64,000 bases of DNA from NCBI GenBank assembly GCA_964354405.1, contig CAYGZP010000001.1, positions 210,879 through 274,878 on the forward strand. Direction: 5' to 3'. Source of the DNA: Candidatus Woesearchaeota archaeon (GTDB taxonomy: Archaea; Nanobdellota; Nanobdellia; Pacearchaeales; UBA284). The notes below the pieces were generated by a model, which did not search any database, was not told the DNA's origin, and saw nothing but the letters and a program-made list of their open reading frames with translations. This document shows positions 1 through 9,310 of this stretch, piece after piece (within the stretch, counting starts at the first letter, position 1; each line of letters starts with the position of its first letter). A program made the position numbers and the translations under genes.

Positions 1-331
1 GCTCGACTTTTCTTCTCGTCATTGCGAACTCGCCCAATCGATGTCCTAGCATTTCTTCATTTATTTTTATCGGCACAAATTCTTTGCCGTTGTGAATATT
101 GATATCCAAACCAACCATCTTCGGCACAATTATTATTGTCCTCAAATGAGTTTTGATTGCCTTATGTTTGGCGATTTTCTGTTCGCATCTCTTCAAAAAT
201 TTCTCGACAAAACCAGTTTGCCTGAGCAAAGTTCTCCGCTCTCTTGCCGGGAGTATTTTTGCGAACTCTCCTAAGTTCAATTGCTTCAATTCCTCCAAAC
301 TTTTTCCGCGATATATGAATTCTTTTACCAT
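1..331 (-). CDS. rps19p: 30S ribosomal protein S19 (uS19), 3' end beyond window
   Basis: Hand translation [18 protein letters not shown]...[15 protein letters not shown]...HNGKEF...[13 protein letters not shown]; follows rpl2 as in the S10 operon; absent from ORF track. Confidence 0.95.
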   Translation of the reverse strand, partial: MVKEFIYRGKSLEELKQLNLGEFAKILPARERRTLLRQTGFVEKFLKRCEQKIAKHKAIKTHLRTIIIVPKMVGLDINIHNGKEFVPIKINEEMLGHRLGEFAMTRRKVE

Positions 332-341
332 TTTATGCTAC

Positions 342-1043
342 TTACTTTTTCCTCCCTGTTCTTCTTGGTCTCAAGAGTCCGACTTTTCTTCCCGGAGGTG
401 CCCATCTCTTAGAAATTTTGCTCTTTATTCTCTTGCCTCTGCCGCTTCCGAATGGATGATCAATAATATTCATCTTTACAGCTGAGGTTCTTGGGTAAAC
501 TCTCCCCCCAGTTGCCTTTGCTATAAACAACCCCTTACTTGCCTTTACAAGAGGTTTTTCAAGTCTTCCTGACGCTGCAACCGTTCCAATGCTCGCGCGA
601 GCATTAGGATTGAATACTTTTTCTTTTTTTGAAGGCAGCAATACAGAAACCCCTTTGGGCTCTTTTTTTATAATTCTTCCAGCGATTCCGCTTGTTCTAA
701 CCATTTTTCCGCCCATGCCCGGAATAGTTTCAATATTGTAGATTAAAGTTCCAAGAGGCAGCATCCCCAAAGGAATGATATTTCCGGTTGCTATAGGCAC
801 ATTTTTTCCAACCATAATCCTTTGCCCCTCGCACATTCCTTCTGCAGCTATATTGTAGAATATTTCATGATTCAATTTTATTTTTGCCACAGGAGCATCA
901 TAACAAGCAAGATGCATTAGCTTGAGAACCTCTCCAACTCCCTCTGTTCTAGGATAGCTCACACTGATTCTATAAGCCTGTTTTCTTGTTCTGTAAGCAG
1001 GGCCCCCATGGCCTCGCGCTCGTTGTATGATTCTTTTTCCCAT
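342..1043 (-). CDS. rpl2p: 50S ribosomal protein L2 (uL2)
   Basis: MGKRIIQRARG, MNIIDHPFGSG, PPGRKVG motifs; operon order. Confidence 0.97.
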   Translation of the reverse strand: MGKRIIQRARGHGGPAYRTRKQAYRISVSYPRTEGVGEVLKLMHLACYDAPVAKIKLNHEIFYNIAAEGMCEGQRIMVGKNVPIATGNIIPLGMLPLGTLIYNIETIPGMGGKMVRTSGIAGRIIKKEPKGVSVLLPSKKEKVFNPNARASIGTVAASGRLEKPLVKASKGLFIAKATGGRVYPRTSAVKMNIIDHPFGSGRGKRIKSKISKRWAPPGRKVGLLRPRRTGRKK

Positions 1044-1044
1044 T

Positions 1045-1338
1045 TTATATATTCTCCAAAACTTCTAATAGTATATTTTCTAATACTTTATTTAATTTTG
1101 AGAAAACTTCTTCACTTTCTTGGTATAATGTAACCATGAAGGGTTCTTCTCTATCTGGGAGATAAGTTATCTCAAATTCATTACCAGAAAATTTTAATAT
1201 TTGAGAGCCATTAATTCTTCCAAAACCAAAAGTTTCTAGATGAGAAGGAACTTCATAAGATACATCTTCTCTCATTAAATATTTTACATCATCATTAACT
1301 GTTCTTAACATTTCATGATAATTTTGTGTTGTTCCCAT
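1045..1338 (-). CDS. Hypothetical acidic protein inserted between rpl23 and rpl2
   Basis: 97-aa ORF filling the gap with 1-nt spacing on both sides; no recognised motif. Confidence 0.7.
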   Translation of the reverse strand: MGTTQNYHEMLRTVNDDVKYLMREDVSYEVPSHLETFGFGRINGSQILKFSGNEFEITYLPDREEPFMVTLYQESEEVFSKLNKVLENILLEVLENI

Positions 1339-1339
1339 T

Positions 1340-1588
1340 TTACATCATCCCAAGTTTAGTTGCAATATCTATGGCTGGCGAATCAGCCTTGAGTTTTATA
1401 GTTGCGATTTTTTTATTGTTTCTAATGTGCAAGTTTACCTTTGCGACCTTGACTTTGAACATTGTTTTAATCTCTTCGGCAATCTGCGCTTTGGTTGCTC
1501 TAGAATCGACGACAAAACTTATTTTATTCTCTAGCTCTACTTGCTTTATGGCTTTCTCGGTTGCTAAAGGATAGAGCAAGACTTTCAT
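1340..1588 (-). CDS. rpl23: 50S ribosomal protein L23 (uL23)
   Basis: YPLATEKA...ENKISFVVD...ATKAQI...KVN...KIATIKL. Confidence 0.96.
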   Translation of the reverse strand: MKVLLYPLATEKAIKQVELENKISFVVDSRATKAQIAEEIKTMFKVKVAKVNLHIRNNKKIATIKLKADSPAIDIATKLGMM

Positions 1589-1589
1589 T

Positions 1590-2372
1590 TTATCTCTTTA
1601 GCCCCTCAATAGCTTTTACTGTCCATACGATAACTCGGCCAGGAGTTCCGCCAGGAGCCAGCGCCATAATATTTAATTGATAAGTGTTGATAATGTCCAA
1701 GCCATAGTTTCCGAGTGTCTTAGTATTTTCGTTCTTATCCACAATCAACAGAACTTTATTACGGCTCTTGTATTTCCTTCCTCTTCTCTTTCCTAATCCT
1801 GCTCTAATTTTCTTTTCTTTTTTCAGCTCGATATTTGTCAATTTTTCTAAGAGCGCTACAGTTTCTTTAGCTTTACCCTCCAAAATTTTGGAATCGATTA
1901 CTATCGGAAGCGAATGGCTCAATTTAAGCTGCGGATATTTTTTCTTTAATATGTCTTGTGATGTCGAGGCAGCAATGGCGCTGTTTATCGCCTTTCTATT
2001 TTCCTTTTTGTTTATCTTTTGTTCAGCTCTAAGTGGTTTTGGAGGATGAGCTGCTCTTCCACCGACAGTTCCTGGAATAAAAGCGCCAATCCAGTGGAAT
2101 TGTTCGCCCCTATGGCTTAATGTTTTTCTAGGGACTCTTGACACCCCTTTTCCATAAAGCGTTTTCCATTTTCTTCTTCTATGACTTTGTTTTCCGCTTG
2201 CTGAAACTTCCTTTCCTGCGAGAATATAGGCTCCGTACAATTGTCTCTGTCGGTTGTGGACTGTCCAGAAAACCTTGTGAATCAAATCTTTTCGAACTTC
2301 CTCTTCAAAGCATGATGGCAGAGAGATTTCTCTTGTGTTTTTTCCCTCATTGTTCAATATTTGTGCTTTCAT
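1590..2372 (-). CDS. rpl4: 50S ribosomal protein L4 (uL4)
   Basis: GVSRVPR, PGTVGGRAAHPP, LAPGGTPGR motifs. Confidence 0.96.
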   Translation of the reverse strand: MKAQILNNEGKNTREISLPSCFEEEVRKDLIHKVFWTVHNRQRQLYGAYILAGKEVSASGKQSHRRRKWKTLYGKGVSRVPRKTLSHRGEQFHWIGAFIPGTVGGRAAHPPKPLRAEQKINKKENRKAINSAIAASTSQDILKKKYPQLKLSHSLPIVIDSKILEGKAKETVALLEKLTNIELKKEKKIRAGLGKRRGRKYKSRNKVLLIVDKNENTKTLGNYGLDIINTYQLNIMALAPGGTPGRVIVWTVKAIEGLKR

Positions 2373-2373
2373 T

Positions 2374-3345
2374 TTATTTTAATAAGTGTATCACTTCAAA
2401 ATTTTCTTTTGCAGTTGATTTAGTCTCTCTTAAAGAGGAGGTTATTAACATTTGTCTTTTTGCAGGCCCTTGCACCGAGCCCTTTAAAGCGATATAATTT
2501 GCCCTGACTTTTCCGTAATGTGTGAATTCAAAAGGAAGTTTTTCTCCAGCGCCAATCTCCATCAATTTTGAATTATATTTGACTCGTGTAAAATATCCGA
2601 ACTGTCCTGCCATGGAAACTCTAAAAGTAACGCGGGCAGGATGCCATGGTCCAAGAGTTCCTGGCCTTCGCCTGCCTTTTTCAGCTTTATGGCTTCTCAA
2701 TCCTATTCCAAACCTTTTCATCGGCCCAGTAAACCCATGTCCTTTAGTCAAGCCATGAACATCAACCAGTTGTCCTTTTGTAAAAAACTCGCCGATTTCA
2801 ATAGGTTTGTTTACATGCTCCTTGACAAAAGCTAATTTGTCTTGATTGTTTCCGCCCAATCCAATCTCTGCGATGTCAGGAGTTTTCTTGATTCCTGTCT
2901 GTTTTGGAATATTGTAAACCAAGACTCTTATATCGCTGAACTCATTTAACTTCGGCTCGATTTCATTAAGCATGTCGCTCAATTTTTTAGGGGTTTTTGG
3001 AAGCTTGATATTATGTTTCAATTCCTTATCAAGATTTTCAGCTAAAATTTCTTTAGAAACCTCAGTTCCCTTGTAAAATCTGACGCTTAAGATCTTCATT
3101 GAAGGGCATTCAAGAACTGTTAAAGGAACGATAATTTGTTTATTTTTTGTCATAGAATCAGGAGTCAAGTCACGAGAAAGGGCGCGAGCCATGCCGGCTT
3201 TATAACAAATAAATCCCAGCAAGCCTTTTTTGTCTTTATATTTGTTCCCAAGAACTCTCCAGTTCACACCAGGTAGTACTTTAGCTGCTCTCTTTCGAGG
3301 CCAGATCTGCAGTGATCCTGCTCGTGGTTTGTGTATCTTTGGCAT
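2374..3345 (-). CDS. rpl3: 50S ribosomal protein L3 (uL3)
   Basis: PRAGSLQIWPRKRA, YKAGM, TKGHGFTGPMKRFG, GTLGPWHP. Confidence 0.97.
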   Translation of the reverse strand: MPKIHKPRAGSLQIWPRKRAAKVLPGVNWRVLGNKYKDKKGLLGFICYKAGMARALSRDLTPDSMTKNKQIIVPLTVLECPSMKILSVRFYKGTEVSKEILAENLDKELKHNIKLPKTPKKLSDMLNEIEPKLNEFSDIRVLVYNIPKQTGIKKTPDIAEIGLGGNNQDKLAFVKEHVNKPIEIGEFFTKGQLVDVHGLTKGHGFTGPMKRFGIGLRSHKAEKGRRRPGTLGPWHPARVTFRVSMAGQFGYFTRVKYNSKLMEIGAGEKLPFEFTHYGKVRANYIALKGSVQGPAKRQMLITSSLRETKSTAKENFEVIHLLK

Positions 3346-3469
3346 TTCTTATATTAGGGATATTTACAGTTTTATCTATCATTTTCTACCCTTTATGAAC
3401 CCTGAACCTATAATTCTTATCTAAGGATGATTTATAAAGCTTACTGTAAGCTTTACCGGAGCTCGTCAG

Positions 3470-4144
3470 TTAAGCGACGAATTCCTTTTCTTTTACAGTT
3501 TCCTTGCCATCTACAATTATTTTTCTGACAAGCGTGCCTTTCCTCTTAGCCATAATCCTTATTTTTTCGAAATCTTTCTCGCCTTGTGGCATGACAATAT
3601 CTCTTATAATATAAGTGTGTTCCATCCGAGCCTTCTTGAATTCTTGAGATAAATCAAATAAAAACTCGTTATGGACTTGTGGCCAGAATCTCTTGTCTAA
3701 CTCCAACATGCAGAACTTGTCATTGGTTTTTCCCTCTCCGCTCTTGCCTGGCTTGGGCAGTTTCTTTTTCATCTTTAGCGAGATTCCTGGCGCGCTGCAA
3801 TCTAACAAAGTAGCATAAGCTTTGCTTGCAAGCTCTCTCAATTCAGTATTAACCAGTTCTTTTTCTATGTCACATGCAAGAACCCCTGCTTTTTTCCTGA
3901 AGTCAAAACCCTCTATTTTGTCCCTGCTCAGAACAATCCCGCTCACTGAAAATCTTGGCGCAAAGTTTGAAATAAATTCCACAAAGTCATTGGCAAACTC
4001 AAAACTCGAGCTTATCTTAATCTTATCCGCTTGTTTTACAACATTAATTATTGCTCTCGAACCATAAGTACCCTTACCAAACCTAACAAACTGTCTATGA
4101 ACACATTCATCCTGCTTTCCTTCGAACAACTTTTTTATGAACAT
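3470..4144 (-). CDS. Hypothetical protein
   Basis: 224-aa ORF co-oriented with the r-protein operon, downstream of tRNA-Val; no family recognised. Confidence 0.75.
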   Translation of the reverse strand: MFIKKLFEGKQDECVHRQFVRFGKGTYGSRAIINVVKQADKIKISSSFEFANDFVEFISNFAPRFSVSGIVLSRDKIEGFDFRKKAGVLACDIEKELVNTELRELASKAYATLLDCSAPGISLKMKKKLPKPGKSGEGKTNDKFCMLELDKRFWPQVHNEFLFDLSQEFKKARMEHTYIIRDIVMPQGEKDFEKIRIMAKRKGTLVRKIIVDGKETVKEKEFVA

Positions 4145-4162
4145 TTTTATTTTTCTAACAAA

Positions 4163-4235
4163 TGGGCCTGCCTGGGATCGAACCAGGGATCTTCTCCGTG
4201 TAAGGGAGACGTCTTAACCGCTGGACTACAGGCCC
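4163..4235 (-). tRNA. tRNA-Val(TAC)
   Basis: Cloverleaf GGGCCTG/CAGGCCC-A; anticodon arm TCTCC-CTTACAC-GGAGA; T loop TTCGATC. Confidence 0.95.
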
Positions 4236-4291
4236 TTTATCTTCTAAAAAAGAGACAAAGCTTTAAAAAGGTTTTTGCCCTTTTTTTATTA

Positions 4292-6124
4292 ATGACAAAA
4301 TACAAAATAGAAAAACCGAAATTAGAGGCAAAAGGAAAGAAAGAACTCGGGGATAAAGAAGATTACCAGTTGAAACAGGAGCAGCTTGAAAAGGAAATCC
4401 CTGCAGAAGTAAAAAAGGAGATTGAAAAAGTCCGCGAAAATTTGAAGGAATTCAAGAAGAATATTGTCAAAAAGTTCTCATATATTGCGGCCATAGGCAT
4501 CTTGCCTCCGCCAGCTTCTCAATTGATTGAAGAGGAAGAGGAAGTCCCGCGAGCTTCCAAAGAAGAAAAAATAATCCATCTCATTGTCGTCGTTCCAGAA
4601 GAAAAAGCCAAAGACATGGGAAAAATAAAGCTTGAAAGTATAAAATTAGTGCAAAACATCAAGCCTAAAGTCTGGCTCCACATATACACCACAAAACAAT
4701 TATGGGAGCTATGTTTCGACGGCAAATATGCTTTGGTTGAAGCTATAGCAATGTCTTTTCCATTACAAGACAAGGGCATTTTTGGGGCATTGAGAGCTGC
4801 GTCAATCCATAAAACTCTTGTACTCAAGAAATTTGAGAGATATGTTGTCAGTTATATTCTTGCAGGTTCTTTAGTTCGCGATGAAGCAAGCAAGACAAGC
4901 GATGTGGATGTCTACATAGTTATCGACGATACAGATGTCAAAAGAATGAGCAGATTCGAACTGCGAGAGAAACTTCGGGCGATTATATACAGTTATACAG
5001 TCGAGGCAAGCGAGATAGCAGGAGTTCAAAACAAGCTTAATCCCCAAGTCTATATTTTGACAGAGTTCTGGGAAGCTGTCAAGGACGCTCATCCTGTCAT
5101 TTTTACATTCATCAGAGACGGGGTGCCTCTTTACGACAGAGGAGCTTTCATGCCATGGAAATTATTGTTAAGAATGGGCAAGATTAAACCATCTCCCGAG
5201 GCCATTGATATGTTCATGAGCCTTGGTGAAAGAGTTGCTGAGAATGTCAAGAGAAAATTAAATGATATTGTTACAGAAGATATTTATTGGGGGGTCATAA
5301 CTCCAAGCCAAGCGTTAATCATGCTTTATGGCTTGCCTCCCCCAACACCAAAAGAAATACAGCAGGGCATTTTCAGGAAGATTTTCGTTGAAAAAGAGAA
5401 ATTACTTGAGGCCAAATACGCAGATATTCTAGAAAACATAGTAAACCTTTACAAGAAATATGAGCATGAAGAGATTAAAACAATAAGTGGCAAAGAAATT
5501 GATTCTTTAGTTGAACAGTCAACAGAATATATCAAAAGATTGAAAGAATTGATGAAACAGATAGAGGAGAAAAAATCAGAAGAGGAAGTCATCAAGCACT
5601 ATGATGTAGTTATAGACTTGCTTGAAAAAATATTCGGCAAGGCTTCTGAAACCATTCTTGTGGCAAAATTCGAGAAAGAGTTAGTTGACAAGGCAAAAGT
5701 TTCTCCGAGAAACTTGAATCTGTTGAAGCAGATAATAGATGCGAAGAAAAAATACAAAAAAGGAAAATTCACTAAACACGAAATCGCCACAGTAGCAAGA
5801 AGCGCTCATGAGCTTATCTCGGCGATATTGGAATATTCACAAAGGCGCGAGCTTCTCGAGATGCAAAAATCTCGGATTGAGGTCATTTACAAAGAAGGCA
5901 AAGAGACTAAGCGCGCAGAATTGTTCATATTCAAGGATGCCGCGTTTATCCTGCCAGACATCGCAAAAGATGACATAAAGAAATTCAGCGAAGGCAAGAT
6001 AGTCGAGAGCAGCAAGGATGAATTGAAGCAATGGCTTGCAAAGAAGGTTGGCGAGAAAAAAATATCGCCCGAACTGATGAGTTACATGAAAAAGGCTTTT
6101 GGGGAGTTTGAGTTAATTTTTTAA
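4292..6124 (+). CDS. Pol-beta-superfamily nucleotidyltransferase domain protein with HEPN-like helical region
   Basis: GSLVRDEASKTSDVDVYIVIDD (GS-x-DxD) motif; start moved to ATG 4292 because the track's upstream part overlaps tRNA-Val; TATA-like TTTAAAAA at 4262. Confidence 0.8.
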   Translation: MTKYKIEKPKLEAKGKKELGDKEDYQLKQEQLEKEIPAEVKKEIEKVRENLKEFKKNIVKKFSYIAAIGILPPPASQLIEEEEEVPRASKEEKIIHLIVVVPEEKAKDMGKIKLESIKLVQNIKPKVWLHIYTTKQLWELCFDGKYALVEAIAMSFPLQDKGIFGALRAASIHKTLVLKKFERYVVSYILAGSLVRDEASKTSDVDVYIVIDDTDVKRMSRFELREKLRAIIYSYTVEASEIAGVQNKLNPQVYILTEFWEAVKDAHPVIFTFIRDGVPLYDRGAFMPWKLLLRMGKIKPSPEAIDMFMSLGERVAENVKRKLNDIVTEDIYWGVITPSQALIMLYGLPPPTPKEIQQGIFRKIFVEKEKLLEAKYADILENIVNLYKKYEHEEIKTISGKEIDSLVEQSTEYIKRLKELMKQIEEKKSEEEVIKHYDVVIDLLEKIFGKASETILVAKFEKELVDKAKVSPRNLNLLKQIIDAKKKYKKGKFTKHEIATVARSAHELISAILEYSQRRELLEMQKSRIEVIYKEGKETKRAELFIFKDAAFILPDIAKDDIKKFSEGKIVESSKDELKQWLAKKVGEKKISPELMSYMKKAFGEFELIF

Positions 6125-6200
6125 AGCCACGTTTTTATAAATTCACATTACTTAAACAACACAATCAAACAATAAGGCAAACAAATCTGTAAAGCATAAA

Positions 6201-6458
6201 ATGAAAGCTCAAGTTATAAGTTTCAGAAGAGGAAGGCACCGAGTGACGCCAAGGCACTTTATCTTGCAAGTTTCAGGGGTCGAAAGCAAAGAAAAAGCCG
6301 AGAAGTTCCTCAACAAAACAGTTATATGGAAAAGTCCGGCTGGAAAAGAGATTAAGGGCATTATAATGGCGCCTCATGGAAATAAAGGACTTGTCCGCGC
6401 GATTTTCGAGAAGGGATTGCCAGGCCAAGCCATCAACACAGAAGTCGAGGTTAAGTGA
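6201..6458 (+). CDS. rpl35ae: 50S ribosomal protein L35Ae (eL33)
   Basis: SFRRGRH...GIIMAPHGNKGLVRAIFEKGLPGQA. Confidence 0.95.
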   Translation: MKAQVISFRRGRHRVTPRHFILQVSGVESKEKAEKFLNKTVIWKSPAGKEIKGIIMAPHGNKGLVRAIFEKGLPGQAINTEVEVK

Positions 6459-7156
6459 ATAAAATGGAAATCAAATTATTAGTCGAAGGCAGCGCGATGA
6501 AGCCAGGGCCGGCACTAAGCCAAAAAATCGGGCCATTGGGATTGAATTTAGGGAAGATAATCAGTGAGGTTAACAAAGCAACTTCTGGATTTGAAGGAAT
6601 AAAAGTTCCTGTTACTCTTGATATAAACACAAAAACAAAAGATTTCACAGTTAAAGTCTCTACTCCTCCAACTTCCGAGTTATTAAAAAAAGAATTCTCA
6701 ATACAAAAAGGCTCACCCCAACCCAATAATATCAAGACAGCCAATGCTTCAATGGAGCATATAGTCAAGATAGCAAAAATAAAACAAGATGATATGTTAG
6801 TTGAAAGTTTCAAAGCAGCTGTCAAATCAGTTGTGGGCTCGTGCAATAGTTTAGGGATATTAGTTGAAAGTAAGGAGCCCAAGATAATCATGAAAGAGAT
6901 TGATGAAGGAATTTATGATAATATAATCAATAAGCAGTTAGAGGAGCCCTCACAAGAAAAGCTCGATCAATTAGAAAAAGATTTTGAGCTCGTGAAGAAG
7001 AAACAGGAAGCATTCATCAAAGAATTAGAGAAGAAAGCTGAAGAGAAAGCAGCTGCAGCCGCAGGAGCTGCAGCAGGGGCGGTGACAGCAGAAGGCGCGA
7101 CCCCAGCAACAGGAACAGCAACAACTCCGGCAAAAGCAGAAGAGAAGAAGAAATAA
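6455..7156 (+). CDS. rpl11: 50S ribosomal protein L11 (uL11) with C-terminal extension
   Basis: GSAMKPGPALSQKIGPLG, PPTSELLKKE, VVGSCNSLG. Confidence 0.93.
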   Translation: MNKMEIKLLVEGSAMKPGPALSQKIGPLGLNLGKIISEVNKATSGFEGIKVPVTLDINTKTKDFTVKVSTPPTSELLKKEFSIQKGSPQPNNIKTANASMEHIVKIAKIKQDDMLVESFKAAVKSVVGSCNSLGILVESKEPKIIMKEIDEGIYDNIINKQLEEPSQEKLDQLEKDFELVKKKQEAFIKELEKKAEEKAAAAAGAAAGAVTAEGATPATGTATTPAKAEEKKK

Positions 7157-7214
7157 TTTTAAAAATATTTAATTTAAAAAACATTTAAATATCAAAAACT
7201 ATTGCCCTTAACGA

Positions 7215-7287
7215 GGGGTTGTAGTATAGCTTGGTAGTATCCGAGTCTTGGGCACTCGTGGCCCCGGTTCAAATCCGGGCAGCCCCA
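7215..7287 (+). tRNA. tRNA-Pro(TGG)
   Basis: GGGGTTG/CAGCCCC-A; anticodon arm CGAGT-CTTGGGC-ACTCG; TATA TTTAAATA at 7184. Confidence 0.95.
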
Positions 7288-7324
7288 TGCTTATAAAAAA
7301 TTACATAAAAGCATATAACATAAA

Positions 7325-7543
7325 ATGTCAAGGACAAAAAAAGTAAAGATAGCAGGCAAATTCGGCGCAAGATACGGCTCGACAGTAAGAGAAAAATATG
7401 GTGTAGTAGCCACAAAACAAGCCAAAAAACAGCAATGCCCTTATTGCAAGAAGTTCAAAGTCAAGAAAACTTCAAAGGGAGTTTGGCATTGTAAGTCTTG
7501 CAATAAAAGATTTACGGCTCGCTCATATTATCTAAATAGTTAA
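7325..7543 (+). CDS. rpl37ae: 50S ribosomal protein L37Ae (eL43)
   Basis: AGKFGARYG, CPYC...GVWHCKSC zinc finger. Confidence 0.96.
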   Translation: MSRTKKVKIAGKFGARYGSTVREKYGVVATKQAKKQQCPYCKKFKVKKTSKGVWHCKSCNKRFTARSYYLNS

Positions 7544-7587
7544 AAAAGATAAATAAAAAACAAATAACAAGAAAAAACAAAAATAAA

Positions 7588-7725
7588 ATGACAAACTATA
7601 AATGTTTTTTTTGCGGTAAGCAAATCTCGGCTAAGCAGTTGAAATCTAGATTTCTATGTCCTTACTGCGGCTCAAAAGTTTTTTTCAAACCCCGGGCAAT
7701 AGTAAAAAAAGTCAAGGCAGTTTAA
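7588..7725 (+). CDS. rpoP: DNA-directed RNA polymerase subunit P (Rpo12)
   Basis: Hand translation MTNYKCFFCGKQ...LCPYCGSKVFFKPRAIVKKVKAV (45 aa); usual rpl37ae-rpoP-prefoldin order. Confidence 0.92.
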   Translation: MTNYKCFFCGKQISAKQLKSRFLCPYCGSKVFFKPRAIVKKVKAV

Positions 7726-7737
7726 ATCTTTTAAAAA

Positions 7738-8100
7738 ATGGCAAAAAAGACAAGAGAAGAAAACCAGGAAAGGGGAGAATCAGAACAATCAAGCATAGCT
7801 CATCTGCAACTTTCTGAGCAAGCATTGCAGAACTTGTTATTGCAGAAACAGGTGTTTCAATATGAGTTTGTAGAGACTAATAATGCCCTGGAAGAGCTGA
7901 AAAAAACAAAACAAGAGGATGTTTACAAAATAGTGGGCTCGCTGATGATAAAGTCTCCTAAAGTCGAGTTAGAAAAAGAGCTTGAGAGAAAGAAGGATAT
8001 TGTAAACTTGAGACTTAAAGCCATAGAAAAGCAGGAACAAGAGCTCAAAGACAAGCTTTTGAAGCATCGTGATGCTTTATTGAGGCAGATGAAGGCATAA
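7738..8100 (+). CDS. pfdB: Prefoldin beta subunit
   Basis: Coiled coils flanking ALEEL...VYKIVGSLMIK. Confidence 0.9.
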   Translation: MAKKTREENQERGESEQSSIAHLQLSEQALQNLLLQKQVFQYEFVETNNALEELKKTKQEDVYKIVGSLMIKSPKVELEKELERKKDIVNLRLKAIEKQEQELKDKLLKHRDALLRQMKA

Positions 8101-8228
8101 AAACTGCCATAAAGGCTGAAAAAAGCCCTAAAAAACTGCCATAATGATGCTTTCAAAATATATAAAACATCAACAAAAAATTTATAAACTAAAGGTAGTT
8201 CATAAAACTTGTAAAAAGGTAATTAAAA

Positions 8229-8609
8229 ATGTCAATATTCAAAAAAGTTTTTGGTGGCAGTGAAAGACAGGCGGAAGCTCCCGATTACATTGAGGTTGAT
8301 GTTGGCAAAGAGGAAGCCAAAAAGTCCAAAATTGTAGTAAGACCCTTCGTCTTGAAGACTTTTGAAGACGTTAATAAGATTCTTGAAATCTTAAGAGAAG
8401 GTTATACAATTGCATTGATTGACATCAAGCCTTTGAAGCAAAAAGACATTATCGAGCTAAAGCGTGCAGTTTCAAAACTTAAGAAAACAGTAGATGCTTT
8501 AGAAGGCAATGTCGCAGGCTTCGGCGAGAACACAATCGTAGCAACACCTTCTTTTGTAGAAATCTACAAAGGCGAAACTCAACAACCGTCAACAGCGATG
8601 CAGTTATAA
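8229..8609 (+). CDS. sepF: Cell division protein SepF (archaeal)
   Basis: DYIEVD N-terminus; LREGYTIALIDIKPL...LKRAVSKLK...GNVAGFGENTIVATP. Confidence 0.88.
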   Translation: MSIFKKVFGGSERQAEAPDYIEVDVGKEEAKKSKIVVRPFVLKTFEDVNKILEILREGYTIALIDIKPLKQKDIIELKRAVSKLKKTVDALEGNVAGFGENTIVATPSFVEIYKGETQQPSTAMQL

Positions 8610-8632
8610 ACCGCACAGCAAGCCACTGAAAC

Positions 8633-9286
8633 ATGAAACATTTGTTTGTTCCAGCAACTTCTTCTATTACTTTTTCCTTTAATAAAATAAAGCCTAACCT
8701 TCTGCCCAAGGCTATAGCCCTCATTTCGACAGTCCAGTTTCTCCCAACATTGCCAAAATTGAAGCAACAGTTAGAAAAACAAGGAAAACAAGTTATAATC
8801 AAGGGCAACGGTCAAATTCTGGGCTGCAACACATTCAATGCAACAAGCATCCAAGACAAAGTTCAAGCTTTCCTTTACATTGGTTCAGGAAAATTTCATC
8901 CTCTGGCAATTGCCACATCACTAAAAAAACCCAAGCCAATATTCATCTACAATCCAAACACAGGCGAGTTTTCAAGACTCGAAGATAATGAGATAATCAA
9001 GGTTCTCGCGAGAAAAAAGACAGCTAAAATAAAATTTCTCTCAGCCCGAGTTTGTGGAATTTTAGTCTCGACAAAACCCGGCCAAGAGCGATTAAAACAA
9101 GCTGAAAAGTTAAAAATAAAACTTGAAAAACAAGGCAAGAAATGCTACATTTTCTTATTCAGCGACCTTGATATCAATCAGTTAGAGAATTTTCCTCAAA
9201 TTGAAGCATGGATTAACAGCGCATGCCCCGGCATCTCGCTCGAACATCCTTTCATCTGGGTTGATAATATAAACAAAAAAGATTAA
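8633..9286 (+). CDS. dph2: Diphthamide synthesis protein Dph2 (short form)
   Basis: STVQF, GQILGC, YIGSGKFHP, STKPGQ, NSACP motifs. Confidence 0.85.
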   Translation: MKHLFVPATSSITFSFNKIKPNLLPKAIALISTVQFLPTLPKLKQQLEKQGKQVIIKGNGQILGCNTFNATSIQDKVQAFLYIGSGKFHPLAIATSLKKPKPIFIYNPNTGEFSRLEDNEIIKVLARKKTAKIKFLSARVCGILVSTKPGQERLKQAEKLKIKLEKQGKKCYIFLFSDLDINQLENFPQIEAWINSACPGISLEHPFIWVDNINKKD

Positions 9287-9310
9287 AAATTGATTATTCT
9301 TTAATCTCTG

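Noticed and set aside
4031..4291. N-terminal 87 aa of track ORF 4031..6124
   Set aside because: Overlaps tRNA-Val and the 3470..4144 gene on the opposite strand; real start is likely 4292
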